Assembly (NCBI GenBank): GCA_012295275.1
Contig: CM022670.1
Location: 22,754,001-22,818,000, forward strand
DNA: 64,000 nt
Source: Chrysomallon squamiferum
Taxonomy: Eukaryota; Animalia; Mollusca
Direction of reading: 5' to 3'
Position numbers and translations under genes: made by a program. Of this stretch, positions 26,490 to 43,103 are shown in pieces (position 1 is the stretch's first letter; each line of letters begins with the position of its first letter). The notes beneath the pieces were generated by a model. It had not been told where the DNA came from. It saw only the letters and a program-made list of their open reading frames with translations, and did no database searches.

Positions 26490-27462
26490 GGTGCTATTTT
26501 TGCGTGTGATCTACACGTCATGAAATTTACAGATATATAATTTGGTAGCTCACCTGCATTCCACTCTGTGATTTTACTTGTTTATTTACCTTTCAGTTTC
26601 TAAAGAACCCTTAAGGTTTTTGCAACGTGATCAGCGACGAGACGAAGGCAGTTGCATTTTTACAAAGGAATGGCTTTGTAGATGATGAAGAAAATGTTGC
26701 ACCAAGTCATCACTGTGGTGGAGAAACGAAGGAAGCTCTAAGAAAAGGGAAAAAACGGCGAAATCTTGCCAACTTTACGTTGAACAATTTAAATGGCGTT
26801 CTATAGAAATATATATATATATATATATATATGTAAGTTTATATATATATAATTTCTATGAGATAAGAGGGTAACAAGAAAGGATAATTATATTCCTTTA
26901 ACAGGAAATGTCAGATTATAGCAGGCAGTTAAAGTAATACAACAGATTTAACCAAGCTTGGATCGATAGGAAGATCTTAAAATCTTTTAAGATTAATGCA
27001 TGGTACATATATAAGAACATCACATCTAGGCAAACTTTACTTCTCTAAGAGATATACAATTTGGTAACTCACCTGTGATTTTACTTGTTCATTTACTTTT
27101 CAGTTTCTAAAGAACCCTTACGGTTTTTAAAACGTGATCATCTACAAAGCCATCTTTACGAAGAAATGGCTTTGTAGATGATGAAGAAAATGTTGCACCA
27201 AGTCATCACTGTGGTGGAGAAATGAAGGAAGCTCAAAGAAAATGGAAAAACGGAGAAATCTTGCCAGCTTTACGTTGAATAACTCATGGCTGCCAAACAT
27301 CAAATTTATATACTTCTTAGCCCTTGTTCCTATAAATTATAAATGTATAATAAAAGGAAAATTTGTTTCATTTATGCCATGAAAAGTAATTATAAAAAAT
27401 CATGAATAAACAATATAATAATTAAAATAATCTCGGTGTAGATCACACGCCAAAGGAACACC
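26490..27462 (+). mobile_element. Non-autonomous Merlin (IS1595/ISXO2-like) DNA transposon, 973 bp, with an internal duplication of a decayed transposase 5' fragment
   Basis: 27-bp TIRs at 26490-26516 and 27436-27462 (23/27 identical, GG...CC termini). Perfect 8-bp TSD CTCTATTG at 26482-26489 and 27463-27470. A ~250-bp internal repeat (~26531-26790 and ~27049-27283) translates as 'LRRNGFVDDEENVAPSHHCGGEMKEAQRK...LR*ITHGCQT', a decayed zinc-ribbon-like transposase N-terminus. Confidence 0.85.
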
Positions 27463-28251
27463 CTCTATTGAATAGATGTAAATTAATACACTTCTAAAGC
27501 AGCAGTGTCTGTTTGGTCTTTATTAATTCACACACACGCACACACATACACACACAAAAAGAAGAAGAAGAAAAAATATTAATAATAATAACACCTTTAA
27601 ATGATATACTTTTCATTAGCAATTTGCGATTCTGCTAGCCTTTTAGACACGATAACTGAAAATGAAAGGAAACTTATTGTAATATGATCACGTGTACACA
27701 ACACTCACTTGAACTGGCGTCATGGAAACTTAAAACGCGTCTAATTCAAAAGTGGCCCAGTTTCAATAAAAAAAAAAAAAAACAATTTTCTGGATTTTTC
27801 CTACCACTGGATGCCGAATAAATGGTTCGGTACCTTTAGTAATAATTCTTTAATATACTTATAACCTATATGAAACAGGCTAAACGGAAATATTTCAGTG
27901 GTTCTGTTGAATCTTCTGGCAAACACTCTATCAGTACAAACTGCTGTCATCAAAATAACTGGGTGTGAAAATCCAAAACTATTATAGCAAGCAATAAGAT
28001 CCACAAAGATTAAAAAATACCCGTGATGATACGAACAGCAGTCTTTTGGTTGTTTTATTGAGATTTTTAGTGAGAGATTTGTTGTCAGTAGTACATAAAC
28101 TGCTGTCGGTTGTTTCCGGTTTATGTCGGTATTTAGTAAGACCTTTAGACATTAAATAACAGGTTAAAAATCTAAAATAAATTATACAGTTTCCAGAAAA
28201 AATATTATACATAGATAAATAAGTAGATATTACAAACTAATAGCAAAAGTT

Positions 28252-28345
28252 ATTGGTTTATTTAATAATTATATTTCATATCCGCACAAACAATGTTTAT
28301 TTTTATTGATTGGATAACACGGTATCAGCAGACGAATCGGACCAC
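28252..28345 (+). promoter_or_regulatory. Putative SQLE proximal promoter: two inverted CCAAT boxes plus two SRE-like decamers
   Basis: ATTGG at 28252-28256 and 28309-28313; ATCAGCAGAC at 28324-28333 and ATCGGACCAC at 28336-28345 (SRE-1 is ATCACCCCAC). They precede a non-coding exon ending in CAG|GTAAGT at 28478. Confidence 0.5.
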
Positions 28346-28445
28346 CAAACTTCCAAAGTAATATTAATACTAGTAGTTATGCACATAACAGTGGAAATTG
28401 CAGAAGTGTCGTAGGTACTGTGTCATTTTTAAAGATAATTTTCAC

Positions 28446-28475
28446 ATGAATACAGCTGTTTTTACACAAGACTGA
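28446..28475 (+). other. Upstream ORF (MNTAVFTQD*) in the putative non-coding first exon of SQLE
   Basis: ATG at 28446 to TGA ending at 28475, 3 nt before a consensus donor at 28478/28479. The next acceptor at 29320 lies just before the main ATG at 29326. Confidence 0.45.
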
Positions 28476-29325
28476 CAGGTAAGTTAAATTGTTTATCATT
28501 CGTTGCCATTTCTTTAATGTGACAATACTGAATCCATAACTTATTAACTCAGTAACTGAACGTATATAATGATAAACATAATCATAATGTGGCCACAGAA
28601 CTTGAACTAATTCTTTAGTTTTTAAAATCAGATTACCAAAACTATTCTAATATTCCTTTTTATTCAGAATAAAAAGTAATACGTTACAGGTTACACAGCT
28701 ATTTAAATTATTTAGATTCGGATCCAATGTTTTAATATTCAGGTCCAACTAAATCAGTTTCAGTGTCATGAGACAACACTTATCCAAACTACACTCGGTG
28801 GCTTGCAGAGGGGGGGGGGCAATGGGGCGGCGTCCCCGGGCATCCAAATGGGGGGCATCCAATCAGAGAAAAGATCTTAATAAATTTGGTTGATTTATAT
28901 TTCATCTGTGTTTACATATTCAAAATATCTTCCTTTCTCATAATATTTCTCACTACTAGACCTTATACTTGAGTCTTTCGGGCATACACTGATACAGTCA
29001 AGGACTACACCACTGACTACACCAGTGATTTTTCACTTCCAAACATTTTATTTATTTATTTATTTATTTATTTATTATTGTTTTTTATTATTTTATTTAT
29101 TTATTTATTTTTTTTTTTTCTGTTCTTACTGATAACATATTATCTGGAGCTAATACTGTTAGGGGGAAAAAAGCCACGAATAACATTTGCATGTTGCCTA
29201 TTTTAAAGAACAATTAAAATGTTAAAATTTTATAATTTAATTAAATTTTTTTAGTTTGATGAATACTGTCACCATTTTTATTTATTTATTTATTTATTAT
29301 TATTTTTTTTTTTTTAGCAGTGGTA

Positions 29326-34018
<4,693 letters not shown>

Positions 34019-36211
34019 ACACAGACTATATATTTATATAAGAAAAGTGCTTTGTGAATTTTATATTACAATGTGTAAGTCTTTATTTTGTCTTAATTTT
34101 TTAGTTTTTCTTTCATAAAGATCTAGTTTAGAAAATTTAGAAAGAATTACCTTTATAAACAGAATTACATCTTCCACTGTCTGCATTACTCATGGAAAAA
34201 TTTTACTTTTTATTAATCTTATTATTTTCATGCAAATTTCAACCTTTTTACCTTTCATTAACAAATGTGATATCCATAAATCACCTTGGTATCTATATAA
34301 TGTATATATTTTTTTATAATTTAAATTATTATAATCAGATTATTTTAGAATGATATACTTTTTAATTGTTGACTTTTTCTTAGCTTTTGTCTCCATTTTC
34401 TAATTTATAAAAAATGATTTCATATTATAGATATTGGGATATATGTACATTTTAATTATGTTTCAAATAATATTATAATAAGTTTTTTTTTTTTAAATCA
34501 CCAATGTTACATGTTAATTAGCATCAAAAGCATGTATCAGCAATGCAGTGTTTTCTGATTTTCATGTTATCAGTATTAGATAAATTGAGGCATAATGCAC
34601 AGTTTAATTAACAGTTATCATGCTTTCTCTATTTTGTCTTATGAAACAGTGACCAAAAAGAAAGCGAAAAAAGACAATGTGCCTTTTTCACAGACTTTTG
34701 TAAATATTAGAAAATCCAGACTATATGATATATTATTATGAGAAGATGTACAAGTTATTTCATATGTTTGTAAATCTAAATATCTGAACTGCTAAAAAAA
34801 AAGCATAAATAAATGCATTTGTTGTAAATCTTTGCATTGGCAAATTTATATTCTGGAGTTAAAAAAAAAAAAAAAATTATACTTTTTCTTTATTAATTAT
34901 AAACAGTTATGACAAGCCAGTTTTAGGTGTGTAATTTTCAAAACAATGTTTCAGCTATATATATATATTTCTTTTTTCTTGTTTTTTTAAATGCAAATCT
35001 GGATAAGTGTCAAATGATCAAATGCTTTATAAAAAAAATAAATGGGATGCAGATCAATTAAAACATATTTGAAGATTTCCAAGTTGATGATTTATGAAAG
35101 GGCTCTAGTGTTTCTTCAAGTAGCGGAGTATGTACGACTACATAGTAATTTTTATAGTACCAGCGAACTCAAAAATGACATACCTAAAAGTTTTGTTAGT
35201 TGAATGGACTAGCTGGGAACCGTTCTTAACCATACGGTTGGCAAAGATTTAACAAAAAAGGATATAAACCTATGGAGAAAGCCAACAATATCCATTCAAA
35301 TGTCCTTCTAAGCTGTTCTCGGGGATATTCTCCAAAAAGTAACAAAAAATTGCACACTTTTGTTAAAAAAATAACAGACCCCCCCAAAAAACAACCCTGC
35401 AAAACAGCAACAGCACATTTGAAAGTTGTGCACATTGCTTGCTCCTTTGAACAAAATTGTACCTGTTCAGAACTGGGTAAAGATGGCAATGTTCATTGAT
35501 TCAGGCCTAGCGGATGCCAGATGTGCAGTGCGGATGCCAGAACATATAATAATCAGAATGAAGATGTTGGTGGCGTTACTATCACTGTAACAGGCAGGAA
35601 TTTATTGTTTTCAGTAGCTTTAATACTTTATTTGAAAAATTAAAAAGTATTTTTCTGTCGGGCTGGGTCGCTAAACAAGCATATTTAAATCTGGTCTGAT
35701 ATGGACATAATTCTGTTAAATCGATTACAGATTGAACGATAAATGAATAATGCATACTAAATTTATTACTTGCGTTGTAGCCAGTCATACATTTATATAT
35801 TTACAAACAATCATTAAATTATAAAAGAAATACACAAAGCTATATTCGCTCCAAGTTGGTGAAACAAACAGGTGATGTCAGACATTTTATAATTTAAATA
35901 AAACAAATGTAATAATATCTCGCAGATATTTAGGTTCCAAAAATTATCTATGACGTGTTAAGATTTAATTTATATTAATATATTTAATAATTTATTATGA
36001 ATTAATTACAATCTATAATAATTATTAATTTTAAATATTTTATATCAAAAACTAGGATAAATTTTAAAAATAACTAACTTCATTCTTTTTCAAATTTCAA
36101 AATCGAAAAATAAAGCTTTTTGTCTAGCAGAAGAAAATTAAAAAATGTTCACAAGTTTTTATATTACTAGTGAACACTATGCTAAATGAACCTGCTTAAT
36201 TGAATAAAATA

Positions 36212-36732
36212 CAGTAGTACCTCGACTTACGAGCGTTTCGAGTTACGAGGAGTTGCCCGGTCGATTTTTTGCTTTGAGTTGTGAGCCAAAATCCGAGTTA
36301 CGAGCTTCAGACACGCCGCCGCTAATTGGCATAACGAACAACATAACATCCGGCTAGCATCCCGCGCCTCGTTCGTTTACTTCACGTGGTTACCTCGCCG
36401 CGGAAGCATCTTGTTGTATTGACATCGCGTTTTGTGCAGTATTTTGTCAAATTTCTTTTTTCCAACCACGGATCCTAAGAAAGTGCGTGCAAAGGACAGT
36501 GCTGAGAAGAAGAAGCGGATGATGTCTATTGAATTAAAGCTTGAACTCACAAAAAACATGAGCGAGGTGTGCACGTAGTCGACTTGGCTAGGCAAACGAG
36601 CGTAGTTCCTCTGTGATATGTACCATACTGAAGTACAAGGAGTCGACAAAGGCTGTAATCCAAAATAATTTGTCTGATCTCCAAGATAAATACACTTTAC
36701 AAAACCAACTTATTTCTTTAGATTATCTTTTA

Positions 36733-36765
<33 letters not shown>

Positions 36766-36955
36766 TTGTCATTTATAAAAACATTTTTCTTATTTAAAAA
36801 CACGTTACAAAATTTCGTTTAAAAATGGGGTGGTTTTTGGTGGCTGGAACGGATTAATGGTATTTCAATTAATTTCAGTTGGGAAAATTGATTTGATATA
36901 CGAGCTCGGACACGGAACTAAACTCGTAAGTCAATGGTGGTATATGGTACTCTTG
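36212..36955 (+). mobile_element. Decayed Tigger/pogo (Tc1-mariner superfamily) deletion derivative
   Basis: Left end TA|CAGTAGTACCTCGACTTACGAG with internal 'ttacgag' repeats. Partial right TIR CTCGTAAGTC at 36923-36932, so the right boundary is approximate. 36468-36657 translates, with frameshifts and ATG>ACG, as 'DPKKVRAKDSAEKKKRMMSIELK...HERGVHVVDLARQ-ERSSSVICTILKYKE', a CENP-B/psq HTH transposase N-terminus. Confidence 0.85.
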
Positions 36956-37797
36956 TTAATCAAGTATTGCAATAAAATGGATAAAATACTTTAGAAAAGG
37001 TGAGTATTCTTTAACACATATCACTACATAAAACAAATCATTAAACACACACACACACGTTACAGAAAATAAGTATTATTCCTAAATATACATTACACAC
37101 AAAAAGATGTATATGTAAAAGTACGTACATGTTTCTATTTAATCCTGCATTCAAAATATCACGTTTTCACTTTTGAATCAATTTTGTTTATTATATAAAT
37201 TAATACATATCGTTGCGGTTTTATGGGGTAGACTTAAGTGCAAACATTTAATAACCTCGTATATCCACACACCTACTCATCCATATCCACACAAACAAGT
37301 GAAAAATAGAAATAAAAATAAACTTACATTAATATATAAATATATATATATATATCTTTAAGAGAGAAAATAAAATGCTCGTTTTCACTTTTTTTTTTTT
37401 TTTTTTTTTTTTTTTAATGTATTTGTTCAAGGACAAATGGATCGAAACGATTTAAAAAAATATTCAGTATCTTTGATCTACAGACCTCAAAGGCATTGTC
37501 TTAAATATCACACGTGTGCAGCAGAATGAAATAGTTCCGCTGATAAACAGCTAGTTATTTGTGTTTTAGTTGAGTCTAATTTTTAAAAAAAATGTATTTA
37601 TTTATTTATTTATTTATTTATTATTAAATTGATTTACCATTATTATTTTATAGTTAACAACAACAGCAGAAACAACAACAACAAATAAATAAATATTCAC
37701 GGAAAACGCCAAACGTTTAATCCAGATTTGCAACTGACCAGATTTGCAACTGATTTGCAACTAAAATAAAAATTGAATTCCAAAAAACTATAAAAGA

Positions 37798-37847
<50 letters not shown>

Positions 37848-39399
37848 TAAATCAATAAATTAATAATAAATTAATGAAATCAATAAAAAAAAGTAAATCA
37901 AAAAATAAATCAATAAATCAACAAATAAATCAATAAATCAACAAATCAATCAATAAATAAATAAGAAAAACAAAACAAAATAAATTATCCCAAACAATTT
38001 TAAATTCATAATTTTATTAATATTTATCTCCATATTTAGAATAAATTTTCTTTTAAACTATATAACAGACTTTACCATAACATTAACAAAATGGTGTATA
38101 TCCTTTCTGCAAAGTTCCCACTTATTTACTGAATGATATATTTTCTTGTTTTCAAAGACATTAAACACAGCTGTACACAAACAAACATTGACCTGTCGTC
38201 TGCTTTAATCAAGTTAGGCAAATACACAAATAGCACTCCTTGTCGTTTTGGAGCGAGGCAAGAACAGAAAGGCAGCAAAAAAACATACGGTTATATTTTA
38301 TTTGATATCAAATATTGAATCAGTCCCCCGTATGTCCACAAAAACAGTTTGTCAAAAACACTGGGGAGTGCTGACTTCCCCTCGAAACCCGATGGACTAT
38401 CAGCTACTCGACAAAATCACAAAAGGATTCATTGTTTTCCGGGAAAAAAATACAGTTTTCAAATTGCAAAAACATCTCAGTTTGAAAAAGCGATGCTTCG
38501 GATAGAAAATTTTAGCAGCAGAAACGAGAGTCTGTTAGCTGGGACAGTCTTGGTTTTTGCAGGTTTAACTTTTTAATTAACATTATTATTATTATATATA
38601 TAGATATATATATATTTTTTTTTTATGTAAAATAGTAATCAACAAATCTCCAGACTTCAGATATTTTTCTGCTAAATCTTTCGGAATGTTAGAAGTACAT
38701 ACAGGACAACACCGTCGCAAACATTTTCTTTGTCAAGTTTCTATAGAGGTAAGTAGAATTGATAGAATTCTTACTGGGACTTTTATGACTCTTTATGTTG
38801 AAGCATTCTTGGTTATACAAAACATAACGAGACACGAATACATCTATTTCCTTTTTACTATCTAATAATTTTATTTATTTGTTATTATTATGTTGGGTTT
38901 TCTTTTACTTGCATGTCAATTTAAATAAAAAAAAAGAAAAAAGACGAACATCTAGGACAAGATTACGTTAGTGCGGTTCTTGTAACAAACATTATAAAGT
39001 GGCCTTAATTTAAACTCTATAAATAAATACTAAAACGTAAATTATTTACTTGCCTACCCAGCTTCCCAAGGAAACTCACACATTGTCCTGATGATGCCAG
39101 TTCGGTGCCAGATAAAAGCCATCTTTTTTTTTTTTCATTTAGTGTTCAGTCAGTTGATATAAGATATATGTTTATAATATTAGTTTTAAATTTAGCTTAA
39201 CTGTTATTGTCAGTGAACCCGACCAATATGCTCATATTCATGCTGAATGGTCATGAGAAATATTTATTTGTTACTGAATTAATGCCGCCTTATGAAAGAT
39301 AACCAAATACATAATTTCAATGAAATGGAACCAAATGAAGGTGTTCGACCAACATCCATTAGAACAATTTTCATAAATGAGATTTCAAAAAAGCCCAGT

Positions 39400-39483
39400 A
39401 ATGCACATAAAACATATTTGTTATTTTGGAGGTTTATTAAAAATGCACATAAAACATATTTGTTATTTTGGAGGTTTATCAAA
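39400..39483. repeat. 42-bp tandem duplication
   Basis: 'aatgcacataaaacatatttgttattttggaggtttat' at 39400 and 39442. Confidence 0.9.
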
Positions 39484-39878
39484 AATTCTAAAACATTCTG
39501 TTTTTCCACATATTTTCTTAATGACTAATTTATTTAATTTATTATATGTGGAGTAGTCGAAATCAAACTGATTAAGCCAGCCATTACATATTTGCTAAAT
39601 CTTGATATATCATATTCTTTTATCCGTAAAGGAAATATGAAGTATGCTTTATCCCAAACATTCTGTTTTATTGTATTATATTCATACTGAAGATGAAATT
39701 TATTGAAAAACACACACCTGTTTAAAATAAAAAATAAAAAAATATGTATGTATTTAGTATTTATGAATTGTAATATCATTTATTTTTAAGATGTACAGAT
39801 TACTATCAAATGTATATGAACAGTAGTCGAATGACCTTGCAGGTATTATCACAGCGAGCAAAAAATTCAGCCGTGTAC

Positions 39879-39879
<1 letters not shown>

Positions 39880-39920
<41 letters not shown>
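39880..39920. repeat. (GT)n microsatellite
   Basis: Perfect GT run. Confidence 0.95.
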
Positions 39921-39923
<3 letters not shown>

Positions 39924-40404
39924 TTTGTTTGATTGCATATATGTGTGTAGCTCTTTTTATCTGTTAAAATATTTACATAAGCAAAAATAAAAATAGAGAT
40001 ATGCTCTTGAAGCCTGTTATTCTCAGATTTCAGGATTTGTGATTAAATCTTGTCGACATATATTTTCATCAAAATAAACAAACAACACATACGTAGAATA
40101 TTACACACTTCTAAACAGTTAGGCCGAAAACCATTCAAGTGTTGACTTTTGTCATGTTTTTTTTTTCTTTTTTTCCTTATTATATTTTTCGCTATTTTAA
40201 GTATGTTGCTACAACCCCCCCCCAAAAAAAAAAAAAACGGAATGAAAATCACTTTTGTTTGACTTCACAGATTATTGATAATATTTTCTGCTTGTATATT
40301 TAGCAGAATTTCTGAAAATTTTCATTTTTTTTTTACTTTCTTTAATTTTTTTTTTTTTTTTTTTTATTTTATTTTATTTTTATTTTTATTATTATTTTTA
40401 ATAG

Positions 40405-41429
40405 ATGTCGACCTTTCTGGTCAGTTGTGGACATCTGATGTTTGCGTTCATTCTGGCAATTCAAGGAGTTGTTAGTTATCCGGGCGGAGCGCCTCTTCTG
40501 GCCTGTAACACGATGTTCCCTTCAGGGCACGAAGCATCACCCCGGTCAACAGATCCACCGTACAGAATCAGAGTTCCGGTAAAAGCATACACTCCTGGGG
40601 CAACAGTAAAAGGTAAGATACCTGTGTTCTTTTAGCTTTGCGCGGATACTTATGTGAGCATGCTTGTATCTGCACGTGTGTGTATATGTGTATGAATGTA
40701 TGTGAGAATATAACTAATTTAAAAAACAGTTTTATGAATGTATAGTTTAGAAAGCATATCTAACAAAAACAATTATTATTCGTCGTCGTCTTCTTCTTTT
40801 TTTATTTGTAAACTAAAAACCTTCACGGAAAGTTTTTGTTTTTGTTTTTAAAATTAATTTAGCCATTTTTGTTCACTCCTTACCAGTTACATTAAGCTAT
40901 ATTACCAACGGAGCAAATAAACAAATAAAGTAATCAGGTGGACTATAGTCGCCATCTTTAATCAAAGATTGTAAAGCATCAGCAACCCAGTTTAGGTTAC
41001 GCAAGCAAAACAAACTGAACTGAATTGAACATATTTTTCAGTGACTTTAGAAGCTACAGCAGATTATTTTAAAGGAGTTTTTATTCAGGCTCGCGAAGTG
41101 GGATGTCGAGTTAATTACACCAGAGCTGTTGGCGTGTTTCAGACAACTGACTACGGACTTAAGACGTCTCACTGTTTTGGAACAGTTCATGTAAGCATGA
41201 TTTAGATAATACAGTGCCGCTGGTACAAATATAGTTATGTCTTTATAGAAATGTTTAGAATTAATAATCGGTGTAAGATATGTGGTTTTCTTTAGAAGTA
41301 TTTCATATATAAAAATACATTAGCAGTATTTAATATAAATAGTAACATTAAAATAACATTATAAAATTTATAACATTAAAAAGTAGTACTTAAAACACAT
41401 TTGTAATAGTAAATAGCAATATTTAAAAC

Positions 41430-41472
<43 letters not shown>

Positions 41473-42272
41473 ATTATTAAATAAAAATGCAATCAGCTTG
41501 TAAAATGATTATTATTATTATTATTAAACCAGTGTAGATATGAATATAATCTCGTTTTTGAGTATAATTATAAACTAGATTATTCTTCTGCAGTCCGCTG
41601 TTACTCATTCGTCCAATTCAAAGAAGAGGTCAGTGTCCGTTTACTGGACTGCTCCTACTATCAGTTCTGGTCACGTGATTATCCGGTAAGGTCAATTTCT
41701 TAAAAAGATAACACACACACACACACACAAAAAAAGAGAAAAAAAAAGAAGACAAACCACAACACCCCCCCCCAAAAAAACAACAACAACAAAACAAACA
41801 TTATAAGATCAATTAAGATTAATTTATTCATTATTTAATTTAACCTTATTTTGTTTTTCTCTCTTTTCTTCTTTTTCTTTAAGTTGTAACAGGTTTGTTT
41901 CTTTGGCCTATTTTCGTGAATGAGGTCATCATGCTAAAAGACCAAATACATCATATGAATGTATAAATACTTCATTTCTTTTTAATTATATCTGTATTAT
42001 TTTGTTTTTGTTTTAGTGCTACGGTTGTTAAGGAGAGGCACCTCTTCTGGATGAATGTCGATTCTGAGGTGATGGTCGATCTGGAATCAATGGATACACC
42101 AACGTGTCTTCAATCGACAATAAACTTTGTTCCTGACACGCACAAAAACGTGCCGTCTGATACAGGACTTATTGCCCAGCTTCCAGCAACATCAGCTTCA
42201 AGAAATTCATCATACGACATGATGTCAGTTTTAATGATAATATTATTATTATTTTGGTGGGGTTGTTTTTAA
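40405..42272 (+). CDS. Reeler-domain protein (putative defense protein / FRRS1-N-terminus-like) with signal peptide and C-terminal hydrophobic tail, 4 coding exons, ~234 aa
   Basis: Exons 40405-40612, 41042-41190, 41594-41685, 42017-42272 (705 nt, phases consistent). Signal peptide followed by reeler motifs YPGGAPLLACNTMFPSGH, PPYRI, FKGVFIQAR, VGVF, SAVTHS, VYWTAP, RATVVK...FW. A probable non-coding exon ends at GAG|GTAAGT at 38748. Confidence 0.9.
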
Positions 42273-42955
42273 AGAATTACATTACTGAGACTAATCCTAT
42301 GCTGTTTCTTTTTCACCACTGAAATATTGTAGTCTTTAATTGTAATAATGATTCTTTAAACTTTTTTAAATTGTTATCTTCTGAGAGAGAGAGTGAGAGA
42401 GAGAGAGAATTTTAGCTTTATTTTGTAACATCAGAATATTCATTGTAATCTGATCAGACATTACCCAGAATATATTCACTAAACGCAGACAGTATCACTG
42501 ACATATTCACTCCAAACATTACCTTTTAAAGTACATCAACAAAATTAACTACGTAGTATATTTTCATTCGTTTTATTTCTTTATCTTTATAATGCAGTTT
42601 AGTCCACCATGAACTGGTACCGTTTAAAAATAAACAGAATGATAACTTGTGAATCATTCTTATTGTCATTTTTCTTCTGTGAAATACAGTTTTTTGGGTT
42701 TACTTCACAAATTTGAAACATGTTTAAACCGTATCTACCCCAATACCGACAACGTGATGCAAGACAATGTTCAATGTTGAGTAAAATATCAGTTAAATAT
42801 TATCTGGTAATGATGATTTTTTTTTTTCTTTTCCTGTAGAAATCTTAATGCGAGGCATTTGTTTTAGCAGGAAGTGATAGAATTAAACTTTTCCTTCTTT
42901 GACATCATCGTCGTGGTCGTAATCATCTTCGGGGTTGTCGATGATTCCTAGTTTC

Positions 42956-43036
42956 TTAGCGTCTTTCTCGTTGTTCGATTTCTGCCCTAAAAAAAAAACG
43001 CCTTTTATTATTATTATTAAAATGATTATAATAAGG

Positions 43037-43103
<67 letters not shown>

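Noticed and set aside
35100-35580. Overlapping 75-87 aa ORFs in a moderately complex stretch
   Set aside because: No recognisable domain, splice structure or TIR/TSD. It may be an old repeat remnant but cannot be classified by eye.
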